The notes under the pieces were generated by a model, which did not search any database, had not been told where the DNA came from, and was given only the letters and a program-made list of their open reading frames with translations. This document shows positions 29,773 to 32,000 of a DNA stretch of 32,000 nt, piece after piece. The stretch spans positions 840,001 to 872,000 of the forward strand of contig NZ_CP045650.1 in assembly GCF_009557235.1 (NCBI RefSeq). The letters run 5' to 3'. Source of the stretch: Acinetobacter wanghuae. GTDB taxonomy: Bacteria > Pseudomonadota > Gammaproteobacteria > Pseudomonadales > Moraxellaceae. The position numbers and the translations under genes are program-made. How positions within the stretch are numbered: the first letter of the stretch is position 1; each line of letters starts with the position of its first letter.

Positions 29773-30036
29773 ATGAAAAAGTTATTTATTTTTATGGGGT
29801 TGTGTTTAGCTTTTAATGCTGAAGCTAAACAAAATACAGAGTCTATTAAACAGAAGATTATTCAACAGTCGATTGATAGTTATTCAGGGAATTGTCCATG
29901 CCCTTACAATACTGCGCGTAATGGTAGTCGTTGTGGTAAGCGGAGTGCATACAATCGTGCGGGCGGACATGCTCCACTTTGTTATCCTGAAGATGTGAGT
30001 GACCGCATGGTCAAAGAGTTTAAGGCTAGGGGTTAA
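29773..30036 (+). CDS. Small secreted Cys-containing protein (87 aa)
   Basis: Signal peptide MKKLFIFMGLCLAFNAEA. The mature part carries 4 Cys (GNCPCPY...RCGKRSAY...PLCYPED). A strong SD (GAGAGGGG) lies 3 nt before the ATG. Confidence 0.6.
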   Translation: MKKLFIFMGLCLAFNAEAKQNTESIKQKIIQQSIDSYSGNCPCPYNTARNGSRCGKRSAYNRAGGHAPLCYPEDVSDRMVKEFKARG

Positions 30037-30064
30037 TTGATTTGTCTCAAAGTTGACACTGTCT

Positions 30065-30093
30065 AAAAAAACCGCTGAGAGGTGGTTTCTTTA
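30065..30093 (+). terminator. Weak rho-independent terminator after the 87-aa gene
   Basis: AAACCGC-TGAGAG-GTGGTTT (7 bp, one G-U pair) followed by the T-rich run TCTTTAT. Confidence 0.45.
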
Positions 30094-30188
30094 TGCTTGA
30101 AATTTACCTTTAATACCAAATTAGCAACAAAGTTAATCATCGTTATGAGTTGAATCATGTTTAATGGTGTTTATTTCGAGTTATTTAC

Positions 30189-30374
30189 ATGAAAATTTTA
30201 ATACTTATGATAGGTTCACTCTTGATCACGGCATGTAATACCCAGTCAACTCAGCAGTATGTTTCTACGCCTGAATGTATGAATTATAGAGGTATGATGA
30301 CAGCGCCAATGCCACCTGATGCTATGGAGCGTTTAAGACTGAAATGTGAAGCATCCGAGCAAAATAGAAATTAA
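30189..30374 (+). CDS. Small putative lipoprotein (61 aa)
   Basis: MKILILMIGSLLITAC has a good lipobox (L-I-T-A-C). No SD is evident and the ORF is short, so confidence is moderate to low. Confidence 0.45.
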   Translation: MKILILMIGSLLITACNTQSTQQYVSTPECMNYRGMMTAPMPPDAMERLRLKCEASEQNRN

Positions 30375-30432
30375 ACCAAAATTATTTCTAATCAAAAGCG
30401 AATGAGGGGCTATGCAATAAAATAAAACAAGA

Positions 30433-30448
30433 ATAAGATATATCTTAT
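30433..30448. promoter_or_regulatory. Perfect 16-bp palindrome, candidate PadR operator
   Basis: ATAAGATA|TATCTTAT, ending 2 nt before the padR-family ATG at 30451. Confidence 0.4.
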
Positions 30449-30450
30449 CT

Positions 30451-30981
30451 ATGTCTCAATCAGATCCAATTGCTGATATTGAAAGCGCATCTAAGCCACG
30501 TAAACGCCTATTTGAAGCAGGCGAGATGAAGCTTTTGGTCTTACATTTCATTTCACAGCAACCCAAATACAGTTACGACATTATTAAAGACATTTCTGCA
30601 TTGGTGGGTGGTGACTATAAGCCAAGTACAGGCACAATCTGCCCAACCATTAACTATCTAGAAGAACATGCTTTTACAGAAGCAAAAATAACGCCAGATG
30701 ACCGTAAGCAATATCACATTACCGAAAAAGGTTTAGCGCATTTAGTGACTCAGCAACAGGCTTTGCAAAAAGTACTGTGTCGCTTTAACGCACGTCATCA
30801 CATCCAAAACAATGCTGAATACCTCGAAATTAAAACTGCAATGGAGGCGCTAAAACGAGCGTTACGTCATAACTTACAGAACGCACCATTAAGCAATGAG
30901 CAGATCACGACCATTGCTGAAACTATCCATCAGGCAGCCACAGAAATTACTCAACTCGCAGATCAAGAGATGAACGTATGA
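30451..30981 (+). CDS. PadR-family transcriptional regulator, YqjI-like subtype (176 aa)
   Basis: The winged-helix core is LFEAGEMKLLVLHFISQQPKYSYDIIKDISALVGGDYKPSTGTICPTINYLEE. This resembles the PadR/YqjI pattern (G-x-L-R/K-L-x-I/V-L...GYE/D-I/L-IK...SPG-x-IYP-x-L) as I recall it. Confidence 0.85.
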   Translation: MSQSDPIADIESASKPRKRLFEAGEMKLLVLHFISQQPKYSYDIIKDISALVGGDYKPSTGTICPTINYLEEHAFTEAKITPDDRKQYHITEKGLAHLVTQQQALQKVLCRFNARHHIQNNAEYLEIKTAMEALKRALRHNLQNAPLSNEQITTIAETIHQAATEITQLADQEMNV

Positions 30982-31220
30982 AAAACTTTAAATTCCATCC
31001 CAAACATCTGACATGGCTCATGCCACTGATTTTATCGGGCATTATGAGTGGTGCGATTTCTTGCTTTAATCTTTTCCTTAAACTGGGTTGGGTGGATGGC
31101 TTCTTTTCTATCTGGCTACATGCATGGAGTTTATCGTGGTTAATGGCATTCCCATTGATTCTTATTGTTTTACCATTGGTACGAAATACCTTAATGAAAT
31201 TTGTAGAAATGCCAAAGTAA
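30978..31220 (+). CDS. DUF2798-family small membrane protein (80 aa)
   Basis: The start overlaps the padR stop (ATGA). It has two hydrophobic helices with the LILSGIMSGAIS...W...AW..SW..AFP pattern typical of DUF2798 as I recall it. Confidence 0.75.
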   Translation: MKNFKFHPKHLTWLMPLILSGIMSGAISCFNLFLKLGWVDGFFSIWLHAWSLSWLMAFPLILIVLPLVRNTLMKFVEMPK

Positions 31221-31354
31221 ATGAAGTGTAATTTACTATTTTCTAATGTGATGGTAACGCTTAAGACATAAGTCCGAGTTGGCTTCAAAGCTTGGCTGAA
31301 CTATGTTCAAATAGTGCCAATAAACATGAAAAATCACGAATAGGGAAAGCAACC

Positions 31355-32000
31355 ATGTCGCAAACGATGCAACAGATTATTATTACTGAGCCGGGCGGTG
31401 TCGAAAAACTTGCTTATGAATCGGTGGATATACCGACAGCAGCAAATACTGAAGTGTTGGTGAAAGTACATGCTTTTGGTTTAAACCGTCCCGATATTTT
31501 ACAGCGTCAAGGTCTCTACCCAATGCCGAAAGGCGTAACGCCTGTACCGGGTTTAGAAATTGCCGGTGTGGTTGAAGCAGTGGGCGCGGATGTAACCCAA
31601 TTTAAAGTCGGTGATAAAGTCTGTGGTCTGACCAATGGAGGTGGTTATGCCGAGTATTGCGTATTACCTGAAACGCAAACTTTAAATATTCCTGAAAATG
31701 TGAGCTTTGTTCAGGCTGCGGCAATTCCTGAAACTTTCTTTACGGTATGGGCGAATGTATTCCAAATGGGCAAAGCCAAAGCAGGGGAAATTGTACTTGT
31801 CCATGGTGGTACCAGTGGTATTGGTACAACAGCACTGATGCTGTGTAAATCTCTTGGTATCAAAACTTTTGCAACTGCGGGTACAGATGAAAAGGTTCAA
31901 GCCATTTCACATTTAACCACTGGCATTAACTATAAAACCCAAGACTTTGAACAAGTGATTAGCGAAGCTACCGACAATGGGGGTGTGGATGTGATTTTGG
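31355..32000 (+). CDS. NAD(P)H:quinone oxidoreductase, zinc-independent MDR family; 5' part, runs off the window
   Basis: This ORF is not in the ORF track because it has no stop in the window. Reading from ATG 31355 (AGGGA 8 nt upstream) gives MSQTMQQIIITEPGGVEKL...VLVKVHAFGLNRPDILQRQGLYP...PGLEIAGVV...LVHGGTSGIGTTA. This is the typical Qor/PIG3-type N-terminal and Rossmann motif, open for all 215 codons. Confidence 0.88.
   Translation, partial: MSQTMQQIIITEPGGVEKLAYESVDIPTAANTEVLVKVHAFGLNRPDILQRQGLYPMPKGVTPVPGLEIAGVVEAVGADVTQFKVGDKVCGLTNGGGYAEYCVLPETQTLNIPENVSFVQAAAIPETFFTVWANVFQMGKAKAGEIVLVHGGTSGIGTTALMLCKSLGIKTFATAGTDEKVQAISHLTTGINYKTQDFEQVISEATDNGGVDVIL

Noticed and set aside
30947-31288. 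A 113-aa minus-strand ORF overlapping the DUF2798 gene.
   Set aside because: It is a shadow of the plus-strand DUF2798 ORF. That ORF has family-typical motifs and a coupled ATGA start.

Overview
This is an AT-rich chromosomal window from a gammaproteobacterium. Protein sequences and gene order look Acinetobacter/Moraxellaceae-like, which is my inference with no database search. It is dominated by core metabolism. The centre is a pseudomonad-type TCA super-cluster: gltA, divergent from sdhCDAB, then sucA-sucB-lpdA, then sucCD. The left flank holds a UspA-family gene, a lipoprotein gene, a solitary tRNA-Met, nadE, a small HExxH protein, and a 3-gene redox operon (di-iron-like 'hydrolase', SDR, AlmA-type flavin monooxygenase). 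The right flank holds a TorF-type porin, a yqiJK-like NfeD/flotillin pair, an orphan hypothetical, cysDN, two small secreted proteins, a PadR + DUF2798 pair, and a truncated quinone oxidoreductase gene. I found no CRISPR array, integrase, transposase, phage gene, toxin-antitoxin pair or recognisable defence system, and I do not think a clear novel multi-gene system is demonstrable here. The points most worth follow-up are: (1) a ~70-bp composite palindromic element present twice, each copy filling an intra-operon spacer (sucB|lpdA and cysD|cysN), with stem-preserving differences between copies; (2) the 'hydrolase' of the redox operon carries a duplicated E...ExxH di-iron carboxylate ligand pattern; (3) CysN has a C-terminal tail that looks like a P-loop-less remnant of APS kinase; (4) there are two unusually long AT-rich spacers (986 bp gltA/sdhC and 798 bp sdhB/sucA) containing discrete hairpins or inverted repeats; (5) codon usage changes at sucCD, and sucC contains a G8 run. 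All coordinates and motifs were read directly from the sequence. All family assignments are from memory.
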